Positions 26,588-36,446 of a stretch of 64,000 bases of DNA are shown here, in pieces. This DNA is from an uncultured bacterium (GTDB lineage Bacteria; Verrucomicrobiota; Kiritimatiellia; RFP12; UBA1067): contig OW818680.1 of the NCBI GenBank assembly GCA_942493055.1, forward strand, positions 4,184,529 through 4,248,528. Reading direction: 5' to 3'. Both the position numbers and the translations under genes were made by a program. Each line of letters begins with the position of its first letter. Within the stretch, counting starts at the first letter, position 1. Below the pieces are notes generated by a model. The model made no database searches, was not told where the DNA came from, and was given only the letters and a program-made list of their open reading frames with translations.

Positions 26588-28765
26588 ATGAAGCACGAAC
26601 GGTTTGTAGTAGCGTTTGGATTGATCGCCTGCTCGTTACAGGCGGCAGTGAAGGTGCCGGCGATTTTCGGCGAGAACATGGTGTTGCAGCAGCAGCAACC
26701 CGTGCCGGTCTGGGGATGGGCCGATGCGAATGAGCAGGTCACAGTCGAATTTGCAGGACAGAAGAAGTCAGCGACCGCAGGTGCCAATGGCAAGTGGATG
26801 TTGAAGCTCGATGCCTTGAAAGCCTCTGCAACGCCAGCTGTCTTTAAGGTCAGCGCCTCGAATGTCATTACGCTGAACAATGTCGTGGTGGGTGAAGTCT
26901 GGTTTGCCTCCGGACAGTCCAACATGGAGTGGCCTGTGCAGGCGAGTAATAATTTTGACCAGGAGAAGGCCAGTGCGAATTGGCCGCTGATCCGCCACTT
27001 CAAGGCGCCCAAGAATTTTAAGCCTTCGCCACAGGACGACATCAGCGCCAAGTGGGAGGTGACCACGCCGGAGTCGATCGGAGGACAGTCCGCGCTGGCC
27101 TACTTCTTCGGGCGCCGTCTTCATGAAGCATTGAAGGTCCCTGTCGGCATGATCAACAGCTCATGGGGCGGAACCCGCATTGAGCCCTGGACCCCTGCGT
27201 GCGGTTTTGAAGGCCTGTCGGCGCTCGAAGGCATTAAGAGCCGTGTCGATATGGCCACGCCCTCCACGCCTGTTCACAAGAAGGCCTTGAACGAGTATAT
27301 CGCTGCCTTGAACGTATGGATGGACGATGCCAAGAAGCGCGAGGCAGCGGGTCAGGCGATCGAAACACCCGCCCCGGAGTTCCCGCAAAACTTGATCTTC
27401 CCGACGGGGAACGGTAAACATCAGGAGCCGACCGTGCTCTATAACGGCATGATGGCCGGCCTGGTTCCCTTTGCGATCAAGGGCGCGATCTGGTATCAAG
27501 GCTGCTCGAACAATGGCGAAGGCATGCTTTATCTTGAGAAGACTAAGGCCTTGGTCAATGGCTGGCGCGCAGTCTGGGGCCAGGGCGACTTCCCATATTA
27601 TCTCGTGCAACTCGCGCCCTACAATTATGGAGCTGGCGCTGAGGCGCGCCTGCCGGGTATCTGGGAGGCGCAGGCAGCAGTGCCTGCCGCGATTCCGAAT
27701 ACGGGCTATACCGTCATCAATGACATCGGCAACCCCAAAGACATCCATCCGCGTAACAAGCAGGACGTGGGCCTGCGCATGGCCAACCAGGCGCTCAATC
27801 GCACATACGGCATGAAGGAGATTGCATGGTCCGGCCCTGTCTACAAGTCGTTTGCCATCGAAGGCGCAAAGATGCGCATTGCTTTTGATTGCGCCGACGG
27901 ACTCAAGACCCGCGATGGCAAAGCCCCTGACTGGTTTGAGATGGCTGGACAGGATGGCCAGTATAAAACCGCGGATGCCGTGATTGAAGGCTCTGCCGTC
28001 GTTCTTTCGAATGCCTCCATCGATAAGCCCCTGGCTGCGCGCTTTGCCTGGAACCAAATCGCCGAGCCCAACCTGGTCAATGGTCTTGGCCTGCCGACCA
28101 GCGCCTTCCGTTGCGGTGAGATGCCGAAGCTCGATGGCGCGCTCGCGATGACCGAGTTGAACGGTTTTCGCAAGGTCTATGAGCTCGACCTTCCTGCGAA
28201 TCCCAAGTTTGCACAGCAGGCGCCTGCCTACTCCACCGACAACAGCGCATGTGCGGGAGAGTTTTCAAAGGTCGCGTATGTATTGCAACTGGAAGACAAC
28301 AGCGGCAGCATTCGCTATGTGGCCACGTTCATGGATGCTTTTACAAAGGATGTGAAGAAGTTAACCATCCCTTATGCCGGGAGCAACATCAAGCACCAGA
28401 TGAAGGTCAATAATCTGACGGTGCGCTCCAATGTGGAAACGCTTCCGACACTGACCGACAGCGATGGCGGCAACATCGAATTTTGGGGCGCGAACTATGG
28501 TCCCGGAACCGTATTGCGCTTGGACGGCGCCAGCCAGCAAAAATATGATTTCGATGATCAGCCTGCTGCGGATGGCACGTATGGCTCTATGCAGGTCCAT
28601 GCCTGGAAAAACAAGATCGTACTCTTCGCCTTCAATAATTTCAATGGCGGCGGGACGTGCGACATCGGCATCGGCAACAACACCAAGGGCGAACAACAGG
28701 ATTACACCTTCATGAGCAATGGCGGCGACTATAAGACGCGGCGCTTGACGGTATTGGTAAAGTAA
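26588..28765 (+). CDS. Sialate O-acetylesterase-like SGNH hydrolase (carbohydrate acetylesterase) with extra C-terminal domains
   Basis: Signal peptide present. The block VVGEVWFASGQSNMEWPV is characteristic of the sialic acid-specific 9-O-acetylesterase (DUF303) family, and the SGNH-like GDFPYYLVQL block follows. 725 aa. Confidence 0.85.
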   Translation: MKHERFVVAFGLIACSLQAAVKVPAIFGENMVLQQQQPVPVWGWADANEQVTVEFAGQKKSATAGANGKWMLKLDALKASATPAVFKVSASNVITLNNVVVGEVWFASGQSNMEWPVQASNNFDQEKASANWPLIRHFKAPKNFKPSPQDDISAKWEVTTPESIGGQSALAYFFGRRLHEALKVPVGMINSSWGGTRIEPWTPACGFEGLSALEGIKSRVDMATPSTPVHKKALNEYIAALNVWMDDAKKREAAGQAIETPAPEFPQNLIFPTGNGKHQEPTVLYNGMMAGLVPFAIKGAIWYQGCSNNGEGMLYLEKTKALVNGWRAVWGQGDFPYYLVQLAPYNYGAGAEARLPGIWEAQAAVPAAIPNTGYTVINDIGNPKDIHPRNKQDVGLRMANQALNRTYGMKEIAWSGPVYKSFAIEGAKMRIAFDCADGLKTRDGKAPDWFEMAGQDGQYKTADAVIEGSAVVLSNASIDKPLAARFAWNQIAEPNLVNGLGLPTSAFRCGEMPKLDGALAMTELNGFRKVYELDLPANPKFAQQAPAYSTDNSACAGEFSKVAYVLQLEDNSGSIRYVATFMDAFTKDVKKLTIPYAGSNIKHQMKVNNLTVRSNVETLPTLTDSDGGNIEFWGANYGPGTVLRLDGASQQKYDFDDQPAADGTYGSMQVHAWKNKIVLFAFNNFNGGGTCDIGIGNNTKGEQQDYTFMSNGGDYKTRRLTVLVK

Positions 28766-28770
28766 GAGAT

Positions 28771-28895
28771 TGGAATGTTGGAATATTGGAATACTGGAGT
28801 GTGGGAACTAGAAGCTTTCCGGGGTACTGCTAACTGCTACTGCCAACTGCTACTCTCCCCATTATTCCACCATTCCATTGTTCCATCATTCCACT
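28771..28895. repeat. Composite intergenic repeat, coreless variant (TGGAATR arm, short spacer, inverted ATTCC arm)
   Basis: gattggaatgttggaatattggaatactgg...ccattattccaccattccattgttccatcattccactg. The spacer tgctaactgctactgccaactgctact replaces the GC core. Confidence 0.75.
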
Positions 28896-28915
28896 GAAAT
28901 TAAAGGAGCACAGAC

Positions 28916-30451
28916 ATGGCATACTACTTAGGCATTGATAGCAGCACACAGAGTTTGAAGGGATTGGTCATCGATCCTTCAGCAGGAAAAATCATCGGCA
29001 GCGCGAATGTGAATTTCAAGGCGGACCTGCCGCAGTTCAACTGTCCGGATGGCGTGCTGGCGCATCCCGATCCCTTGGTCAAGCACTCCGACCCGATGAT
29101 GTGGATGGCGGCGCTGGATCTGATGCTGACGCGCTTGCAGGCGAGCGGAATTGCCATGAGCGAAATCGCGGCCATCGGCGGCGACGGACAGCAGCATGGC
29201 TCTGTTTACCTCAACAGCACCTTTGCGAAGGTCGCTGCGAATTTAAATCCGGCGTTGACGCTGGCTGAACAGCTCAAGAGCACGCTTTCGCGTCCGACCG
29301 CGCCGATCTGGATGGACAGCTCGACATCCGTGGAGTGCCGCGAATTGGACAAGGCCTTTGGCGCGCGTCTGCAGACCGATACGGGTTCTCCCGCGATTGA
29401 ACGTTTTACAGGTCCGCAAATCCGCAAGTTTGCGAAGCACGAGCCGGAACGCTATGTGCAGACCGCGCGCATTCATCTGGTCAGCTCCTTCCTCTGCTCC
29501 GTGCTGATCGGCAAGGACGCGCCCATTGACCGCGGCGACGGCGCGGGCATGAATCTCTTGAATCTCAAGACCAACACCTGGGATCCGCAGATCACGGAAT
29601 TCACGGCGCCTGGCTTGCAGCAGAAGTTGCCTCCTGTCGCCGGCGGTGTCGCAGGCCACTTGCACGCCTACTTTGCGAAGTACGGCTTGAAGGCCGGAAT
29701 TCCTGTGGCTGTCTGGACCGGCGACAATCCTGCGAGTTTGGTCGGCACGGGCGCCTGGAGCGCCGGCGTGGCGGTCATCAGTCTGGGCACGAGCGATACC
29801 TTCTTCTCCTCGCTGGAGAGTTTCAGGACTGATCCTGAAGGCTGCGGACACGTGCTGGGCAATCCGGCTGGCGGCTGTATGTGCCTGGCCTGCTTCAAGA
29901 ACGGCTCGCTCGCTCGCGACCGCGTGCGCAAAGAGGCTGGCGCGGAATGGTCCTTCTTTGACAAGACCGCCTTCGAACTGACTCCTGCAGGCAATAACGG
30001 CCAGTTGGCATTGCCGTGGTTTGAAGCGGAGATCACGCCGCCGGTATTGACGCCTGGCATGCGCGCGAATTTTGATTTTGCTGCTGCGAAACCCGAAGTG
30101 CGTATCCGTGCGACAGTGGAGGGCCAGGCACTGGCTCTGCGCAGCCATGCGGCCTGGATCGGCAGCTTCAAGAGTATCCGCGTCACCGGCGGCGCTTCGA
30201 AGAGTCCTGGCATCCGCCAGACGCTCGCGAACGTCTTCCAGGCGCGTGTGGAGAGCATTGCCGTGGCGGATTCCGCTGCCCTGGGCGGCGCGATGATGGC
30301 TGCGCATGCGGACGGCGTGCCGCTGGCGAAGATGACCGAGGCCTTCTCGCCGGTCAGCGACGTCTGCCTGCCTCAGCCCGAGACCGCGGCTGTCTACGAC
30401 AAGCTCCTGCCGCTCATCCGCGAGTTGGAGAAAGCAGCACCGATTAGCTGA
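28916..30451 (+). CDS. FGGY-family carbohydrate kinase (xylulokinase/ribulokinase-like)
   Basis: N-terminal MAYYLGIDSSTQSLKGLVID (FGGY motif 1), the central GTSDT block, and the C-terminal GGASKSPGIRQ ATP-binding motif. 511 aa. Confidence 0.8.
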   Translation: MAYYLGIDSSTQSLKGLVIDPSAGKIIGSANVNFKADLPQFNCPDGVLAHPDPLVKHSDPMMWMAALDLMLTRLQASGIAMSEIAAIGGDGQQHGSVYLNSTFAKVAANLNPALTLAEQLKSTLSRPTAPIWMDSSTSVECRELDKAFGARLQTDTGSPAIERFTGPQIRKFAKHEPERYVQTARIHLVSSFLCSVLIGKDAPIDRGDGAGMNLLNLKTNTWDPQITEFTAPGLQQKLPPVAGGVAGHLHAYFAKYGLKAGIPVAVWTGDNPASLVGTGAWSAGVAVISLGTSDTFFSSLESFRTDPEGCGHVLGNPAGGCMCLACFKNGSLARDRVRKEAGAEWSFFDKTAFELTPAGNNGQLALPWFEAEITPPVLTPGMRANFDFAAAKPEVRIRATVEGQALALRSHAAWIGSFKSIRVTGGASKSPGIRQTLANVFQARVESIAVADSAALGGAMMAAHADGVPLAKMTEAFSPVSDVCLPQPETAAVYDKLLPLIRELEKAAPIS

Positions 30452-30481
30452 TTCGTTTAGGTGTGTGTCTGTAACTTCAAC

Positions 30482-30688
30482 TGGAATGTTGGAATACGGG
30501 AATGTTGGAATCTCCTCCTACGCGGATACGGCTCCGGCGGACAGGATGGGGGGGGAGACGGGATACCGGCTCTGGGAGGGACGGCGGATCGCCGTCCGGC
30601 GGTCGACCCGACCGCCCTCCCAAGATAGTCTTCTTCCAATATTCCAAGATTCCATTATTCCTTTCCAAGATACCTCTCCGTTTATTCC
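30482..30688. repeat. Composite intergenic repeat (TGGAATR arm, GC core at 30574-30622, ATTCC arm, CGTTTATTCC tail)
   Basis: It starts about 30 bp after the kinase stop. The core gggagggacggcggatcgccgtccggcggtcgacccgaccgccctccc has an outer 7-bp stem gggaggg/ccctccc enclosing two hairpins. Confidence 0.85.
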
Positions 30689-30733
30689 CGTCCGGCAGCC
30701 GCCGGACCGAGGCGGCGGGCGTGAGAAGGGGAG

Positions 30734-33700
30734 ATGAGCGTGAGAAAAGCAAGAAGAAATATGTTGGGCGTCTTAATCGGGATTGTGCTTTCATTGAGAT
30801 GCGCTTCAGCATGTGCGGATATCCAGCTCTCTCCCTGGCAGGCGATCGGCCCCTTTAAGAATGCCCAGTTTGGGAGCCTTGTGCCCAGTTCGAAAGAGGT
30901 CTATGCGCCTGAAGCGGACGTGCTGGCAAAAGGGGCGGCGCTGGCGGACCTCTCGAAAAGCTACACCGGCGTCAATGTGGATGCAGAGGGGAAGCCCTTT
31001 CCGATGTACGATGCCTTCACCGTTGCGAAATGGGTGCAGCATCCGGAGTGGGCAGACGGGTATCGCAACCTGTTGCCGCGCGGTCCTGCGCCGTCACGCC
31101 ATGAGACAACCTATCTTTACCGCACGATCACTGCATCCGTAGCGACAAACGTAACGCTGCGCGTCTATGCGGAGGATGCCATACAGGCATGGATCAATGG
31201 CGCACCCAACGGACGTGCGATGCGCGTCTACAGTCCCGAGCATCGGCCGACGGCTCTGGTGGCATCCGTGCCCTTGCAGAAGGGGGCGAATCGTTTGCTC
31301 ATCAAAATCACCTCCCTGTTTGCTAAGCATGGCTTTGCCTTTGCCATCGATGGCGTCACAGTTTCCAGCACGCTCGCGCCAGAGGGCTGGCAGGATGTGT
31401 GCAGGAACGAGAAACAGCCTTATCTACTGGATGCGCAAGGCGTGCCGAAGTCAGGGGTGTTCAGGATGAAGGCCCTGCCGGAGCCGATGTTCGACCCCGC
31501 GCAGTTGACCCTGGAGGAGGCGCGCAAATCCATCCCGCTCACCGAAGGGGGCGCTGCGTATGAGCGCTCCATCCGGGCAGTCAATCCGCTAGACCGGCAG
31601 ACGATTCTCGCGCATTGGCAGGGACAGCTCAAGCGGACGGGTCCTATTCTCTTCATGACCTATCCAACCTATTCAATCAATGCCATCGCCCCCCATTCAT
31701 CTCAAGGGGCGTGCCCGGCCTCCATCTGTCTCTTTGATCCGGCCGACCCGAAGGAGTCCCCGAAAGTGATCTTTGCTGAAGAGGAACTCAAGCTCTTCGA
31801 CATGAATCTCTCCTACGACGGCAAGACGATCTTCTTTTCCGCCAAACGAAAAGAGGACGGCCCCTTTTGGCAGATCTATGAGATCGGCACGGACGGGAAG
31901 AATCTGAAGAAAATCATCGGGGGTCAGTGCCAGAACATCAGTCCTGCCCTCCTGCCGGACGGACGGCTCATCTTCATCTCTGACCGCGCCACAACGTATG
32001 TGCAGTGCCAGGCCCAGACCTCGCCCCTTCTCTATTCATGTGCGCGCGACGGTTCAGACATCCGGAAGCTCTCAGCCAATATCGACAGCGACCATACGCC
32101 CCAAGTCATGAACGACGGCAAGATCCTCTTCACGCGCTGGGACTATGGCATTGATAAGAATGTGGACAACCGCCAGGCGCTCTGGACCATGAATCCGGAC
32201 GGGACCGCCATGAAGCTCTTCTTTGGCAACACCATTGAAGATCCGAGCGGTTTCTGGGCTGCGCGGCCTGTGCCCGGACGGCCTGAAGTGCTTTGCGTGC
32301 TGGGTCCGCACCACAACAACCATACGGGCATGGCTGGGCTTGTCTGGAATCTGAAAGGACCAGAAGCGCCGCGCGGCGAGGGCTTCCGCTTCCTGACCCT
32401 CCAGCGTCCCTACGTGGGCGATACAGGACTCCCCTGGCTCTGGCAGGATCTCTATCCCGTCAATGAGAAGCTCTTTCTCGCGAGCTACGGAGGCGACGGC
32501 GGACTCAAAAACCGCCTCTACCTGCTGGATGACCGCGGCAACCGGTTCTGCTTCTATGAGTCTGCGACCAACCTGGGCTGTTTCAATCCCATGCCCCTTG
32601 CGCCCCGTCCTGTACCGCCAGAGGTTGCGCAGGGCTGCACGCCGGTCCCCTTTGTGTTTGAGGACCCTGAACAGCTGAACCAGGCGCCCCGCACCAATGA
32701 CGTCGCTACCTTGATGGTATATGATGTCTATCTGGGCGTCGAACCGCATATCAAGCGCGGCGAAGTCAAATGGATTCAGGTGATGGAGCAGGTGTTGAAG
32801 TCACGGCGCATGGATGGCGGCGAAGCGTGGGGCCACACGCCCATCATCGGACGCGGCACTGTCCATGTGCGCCGCGAGATCGGAAGGGTCCCGGTGAACG
32901 CGGACGGTTCCGCCCATTTCACGGTGCCTGCCCTGCGCAACATCTCCATGAACCTGCTCAACGCGGAAGGCCAGGTCATCATGCGCATGGGCTCTGACAT
33001 GCACACCATGCCCGGCGAGAAGCAGAACTGCATCGGCTGCCACGAGAATCGCAAAGGGGGCGTGCCGCCCTCTGTGACCAAGCAGCCGTTGGCGAGCAGC
33101 CAGCCGCCGGTCGCGCCCCAACAGGCCAACTGGGGGACTCAGGGCGTCATCGACTATCAGCGCGTCGTGCAGCCTGTCTGGAACCGCTATTGCGTCAGCT
33201 GCCACAGCGGGCCGAGGCCCGTAGCGCACCTCGATTTAAGCGGCGACCGTACGCGCTTCTTCTGCGTCTCCTACGACAACCTTGTGGAGCGCGCCCTGGT
33301 CGAATGGCATCAGCCTTTCGCCAACGACTACGACGACAACTTCCCGAAGACCGTCGGAGCCGTTGTCAGCAAGATCCAGACGAAAGTGCTCGACTCCAAA
33401 CATTGCGGGAAGACCATTCCTCCGGACATGCGCTACCGGGTCTGGTGCTGGATCGATGCCAACGTGCCCTATTACGGGACGTACGACTACACCAAGGTGA
33501 AAGACGAGAAGGGGCGCGAGATCGTCCGCGGCGCTGGCGCACGCGATGCGTGGCAGGCAGACGGCATCTGGTCGCAAGCGAACTGGTCCAAGCACTATCC
33601 CAGCACGCCGAACCTCATTTACGACGGCATCAAGCCTGTCTTTGACAGACGCTGCATGAGCTGCCATGAGACGCCGGTGTACAACGGCGGCACCTGGGGC

Positions 33701-34033
33701 TTTGGCGGCGGCTCCATGGACGCCCCCTTCCCGGTCAGCAGCAAGCTCTGGCAGGATCGCGGACTCTGTGCGCACATGGCCATACCGCGTTACGGCTCGA
33801 GCCTCATCTACGGACCGGAACTGCGCATCAACCTCACGAATCCTCAAAACAGCTCCATGCTGCAGGCCCCGCTCTCAAAGGAGGCAGGCGGCTGGGGCGT
33901 GTGCAAAAAACCCGATGGCAAGCCGCTCTTTGAGTCCACGGCTGATCCGGACTACCAGACCATGTTGAAAGCCATCAAGGCCGCCTCCGACCGCCTCCGC
34001 GCCGCGCCCCGTAAAGACATGGCGGGGGAGTAG
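30734..34033 (+). CDS. Large secreted protein: N-terminal beta-sandwich (PA14/lectin-like), TolB/PD40 beta-propeller repeats, three PSCyt1-type CxxCH heme motifs
   Basis: Signal peptide present. PD40-like repeats (DGKTIFFSAKRKEDGPFWQIYEIGTDGKN, PDGRLIFISDR, DGKILFTRWDYG). Heme motifs CIGCH, YQRVVQPVWNRYCVSCHSGPRPVAHLDLSG and CMSCHETP. It is paralogous to 13491-16691 and 61094-end. Confidence 0.8.
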   Translation: MSVRKARRNMLGVLIGIVLSLRCASACADIQLSPWQAIGPFKNAQFGSLVPSSKEVYAPEADVLAKGAALADLSKSYTGVNVDAEGKPFPMYDAFTVAKWVQHPEWADGYRNLLPRGPAPSRHETTYLYRTITASVATNVTLRVYAEDAIQAWINGAPNGRAMRVYSPEHRPTALVASVPLQKGANRLLIKITSLFAKHGFAFAIDGVTVSSTLAPEGWQDVCRNEKQPYLLDAQGVPKSGVFRMKALPEPMFDPAQLTLEEARKSIPLTEGGAAYERSIRAVNPLDRQTILAHWQGQLKRTGPILFMTYPTYSINAIAPHSSQGACPASICLFDPADPKESPKVIFAEEELKLFDMNLSYDGKTIFFSAKRKEDGPFWQIYEIGTDGKNLKKIIGGQCQNISPALLPDGRLIFISDRATTYVQCQAQTSPLLYSCARDGSDIRKLSANIDSDHTPQVMNDGKILFTRWDYGIDKNVDNRQALWTMNPDGTAMKLFFGNTIEDPSGFWAARPVPGRPEVLCVLGPHHNNHTGMAGLVWNLKGPEAPRGEGFRFLTLQRPYVGDTGLPWLWQDLYPVNEKLFLASYGGDGGLKNRLYLLDDRGNRFCFYESATNLGCFNPMPLAPRPVPPEVAQGCTPVPFVFEDPEQLNQAPRTNDVATLMVYDVYLGVEPHIKRGEVKWIQVMEQVLKSRRMDGGEAWGHTPIIGRGTVHVRREIGRVPVNADGSAHFTVPALRNISMNLLNAEGQVIMRMGSDMHTMPGEKQNCIGCHENRKGGVPPSVTKQPLASSQPPVAPQQANWGTQGVIDYQRVVQPVWNRYCVSCHSGPRPVAHLDLSGDRTRFFCVSYDNLVERALVEWHQPFANDYDDNFPKTVGAVVSKIQTKVLDSKHCGKTIPPDMRYRVWCWIDANVPYYGTYDYTKVKDEKGREIVRGAGARDAWQADGIWSQANWSKHYPSTPNLIYDGIKPVFDRRCMSCHETPVYNGGTWGFGGGSMDAPFPVSSKLWQDRGLCAHMAIPRYGSSLIYGPELRINLTNPQNSSMLQAPLSKEAGGWGVCKKPDGKPLFESTADPDYQTMLKAIKAASDRLRAAPRKDMAGE

Positions 34034-34069
34034 CGTTGTTTGTGTCTGTGGCCCTGTTTATAACTTCAT

Positions 34070-34235
34070 TGGAATGTTGGAATACAGGAATGTTGGGGGA
34101 AGACGGGATACCGTCTCTGGGAGGGACGGCGGATCGCCGTCCGACGGTCGATCCGACCGCCCTCCCGATCTCTGTCAACCTTCTTCAGCTAACACATTAA
34201 CACACTTCTCCAAGATACTCCCCTCAGTTTATTCC
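34070..34235. repeat. Composite intergenic repeat (TGGAATR arm, GC core at 34119-34166, tail ending in CAGTTTATTCC)
   Basis: It starts about 35 bp after the stop of 30734-34033. The core gggagggacggcggatcgccgtccgacggtcgatccgaccgccctccc and the tail acacttctcc...ccctcagtttattcc match the 3311-3586 copy. Confidence 0.85.
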
Positions 34236-34287
34236 AGCTTTGCTGGCGGGGGTGCGCTTGTCATTCCGTGAAGTCATCTTGCTCTAT

Positions 34288-34328
34288 ACTCAACGCATTG
34301 AGTAAAATTACTCAATGCGTTGAGTAAT
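34288..34328. promoter_or_regulatory. Perfect 41-bp palindrome (operator-like) upstream of the DUF4143 ATPase gene
   Basis: tactcaacgcattgagtaa-aat-tactcaatgcgttgagtaa. Each half-site is itself near-palindromic. It lies 64 bp upstream of the ATG at 34392 in an AT-rich promoter-like region. Confidence 0.6.
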
Positions 34329-34391
34329 TTTTATTGCAAGCGTTTGGCTAGTATGATAAATTGCCCCTATTTATCAGGGAGATAAGTATTT

Positions 34392-35579
34392 ATGGCTTAT
34401 AAAAGAAAGATCGTTGAGGAAGTCAAGAAAGGGCTTGAAAAGGCCCCTGGACTGATTCATGTCGTTGTGGGCCCGCGTCAGGTGGGTAAAACTACGGCGA
34501 TGCGGGACCTTTGCGAATCAGGTCTGATGCCCCATTACTGGGTTGCAGCAGACATGGCTCTTCCTGTCGGTGCTGAGTGGCTGGAGAGCCACTGGCAGAT
34601 GGCCGAAGCCGAAGCCCGTCAGAGGCCAGGTCCTTTTCTGCTGGTCGTGGATGAAGTTCAAAAAGTGAGAGGCTGGAGCGAGACCGTCAAACGGCTTTGG
34701 GACCGTTCGCGGGCTGAAAAGAGTCTCCTGCGTGTGGTGTTGCTGGGGTCATCCGCTTTACTGGTCCAAGCCGGGTTGACGGAGAGTCTCCATGGCCGCT
34801 TTTTCCTCCACCGGTGCATGCATTGGAGTTTCTCTGAAATGCAGGAGTCCTTTGGCTGGGATTTGAACAAGTGGCTCTACTTTGGTGGTTATCCAGGGGC
34901 TGCTGTTTTTTCAGATGATGAGCGGCAATGGCGGCAATATGTGGCGGATGCCATGGTGGAGACGGTTTTGGCGCGGGATGTCTTTCAACTCGCGACGATC
35001 AGTAAGCCCATTCTCATGCGGCACCTCTTCAGTCTGGCGGCTCGCTTCCCGGCCCAGATTCTTTCCTACAACAAGATGCTGGGGCAGCTCCTGGATGCGG
35101 GGAACACGACGACGCTGGCGCATTACCTTAAATTGCTGGAGGCCGCCTTTCTTGTTTCCGGATTGGAACTCTACTCGGCAGGGCATCTGCGGCGTCGCGG
35201 GAGCAGTCCAAAGCTTATCTTCTGGAATGATGCCTTGATACATGCGCTCTCCGGTTACACCTATTTACAGATGCAGACGGACACGGCGTGGTATGGGCGT
35301 GTCCTGGAAAATGCGGTTGGCGCGCATTTGCTGAATCATTTGCCGACGCCCGAGTGGTCTGTCACCTATTGGCGGGATGGAATAAAGGAGATGGATTTTG
35401 TGGTCACCCATGGACATCAAACGTGGGGCATCGAAGTGAAGAGCGGAATACCGCGAAACATGTCCGGTCTTGTCGCGTTCCGTAAAGCCTATCCAGACGC
35501 CAGGGTACTTGTCATTGGCGCTGAAGGCATTGACCCGGAGCGGTTTTTCTCTTGCTCGCCGGAACTGCTTCTCTGCTAG
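34392..35579 (+). CDS. AAA+ ATPase of the DUF4143 family (AAA_14 + DUF4143; COG1373-like)
   Basis: Walker A (VVGPRQVGKTT), Walker B (LLVVDEVQ), and a C-terminal DUF4143-type region (GIEVKSG...). 395 aa. Confidence 0.85.
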   Translation: MAYKRKIVEEVKKGLEKAPGLIHVVVGPRQVGKTTAMRDLCESGLMPHYWVAADMALPVGAEWLESHWQMAEAEARQRPGPFLLVVDEVQKVRGWSETVKRLWDRSRAEKSLLRVVLLGSSALLVQAGLTESLHGRFFLHRCMHWSFSEMQESFGWDLNKWLYFGGYPGAAVFSDDERQWRQYVADAMVETVLARDVFQLATISKPILMRHLFSLAARFPAQILSYNKMLGQLLDAGNTTTLAHYLKLLEAAFLVSGLELYSAGHLRRRGSSPKLIFWNDALIHALSGYTYLQMQTDTAWYGRVLENAVGAHLLNHLPTPEWSVTYWRDGIKEMDFVVTHGHQTWGIEVKSGIPRNMSGLVAFRKAYPDARVLVIGAEGIDPERFFSCSPELLLC

Positions 35580-35594
35580 AACGGTAAAAAATCA

Positions 35595-35963
35595 TTATTC
35601 CGCTTTCGTTTTTCGTTCAGCGCGTACCGCTTTGATCTCAGCGTCCACATCGCTCATGGTCAGACGGTTGTCTCGCTTCACATCACGCCGGATCTCCGAA
35701 ACAGCCAATTGTGCCTGTTCTAGAGCGCTTCCAAAATGTTTTACGAAGAGCGCCTCGGCCTTTTGGATGCCTTCCTCGGTCATGTGGACAGACTTAGCTT
35801 TGCCTTTGGGATCCATGATAAGCCCCTTCTCATGCAGACGGTCCATTGTGTCCCAGTCGAATGATTTCCAGGCCCGGCCGCCAAATCCTTTGACTCGCTC
35901 GCAGATCACGAGATAGAGAAGCGCTAATGTCATATCATCTACTTTGTCTTTATCGAAGTCCAT
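35595..35963 (-). CDS. DUF6429-like small protein
   Basis: A 122-aa ORF: MDFDKDKVDDMTLALLYLVICE...FDWDTMDRLHEKGLIMDPKGKAKSVHMTEEG matches the conserved DUF6429 N-terminal block as I recall it. The C-terminal half is a charged coiled coil. Confidence 0.6.
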   Translation of the reverse strand: MDFDKDKVDDMTLALLYLVICERVKGFGGRAWKSFDWDTMDRLHEKGLIMDPKGKAKSVHMTEEGIQKAEALFVKHFGSALEQAQLAVSEIRRDVKRDNRLTMSDVDAEIKAVRAERKTKAE

Positions 35964-36026
35964 GGTTAATCTCCTATTGTTGAATTATAGCCCACGGAAA
36001 ACACGGAACAGCACGGAAAGAAAACG

Positions 36027-36311
36027 TTATCTGAGTTGAAAAAACCATTTTATGGTTTGACTAAAGAGAGCCCCTGTTAATATAAGGGAAAAGACTCCCA
36101 AAACTTTAATGGCAGGAGTCCCCCGCTTGGTGATGCGTATGCCCCCGATGAATATGGGCACGAAGAGAAGTAATCCGACTAAATTCAGAACCCCGACAAG
36201 GGCACTTGCAGGATGCGCTGTCATCGCGCCGCATGCTGAGGCTATGAAGAGGAGCCCGGTCATACCAAGCAGTTCTTTCAAGTCTCTCTTTTCAGCAGCT
36301 ATAAAATCCAT
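36027..36311 (-). CDS. Hypothetical small membrane protein (3 transmembrane segments)
   Basis: A 94-aa hydrophobic ORF in the low-GC island. Confidence 0.45.
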   Translation of the reverse strand: MDFIAAEKRDLKELLGMTGLLFIASACGAMTAHPASALVGVLNLVGLLLFVPIFIGGIRITKRGTPAIKVLGVFSLILTGALFSQTIKWFFQLR

Positions 36312-36446
36312 TTCCGCTTCCCTTTCTTTCGCAACCGATTGAGGGATGACAGGGGGACAGACAAGGTGTTGCTCTGATCGGTTGCAAATTCAGCACACGA
36401 CAGGTGCTAAATCTTCCACGGCAAAGATTCAGCACCCATTGGGTGC

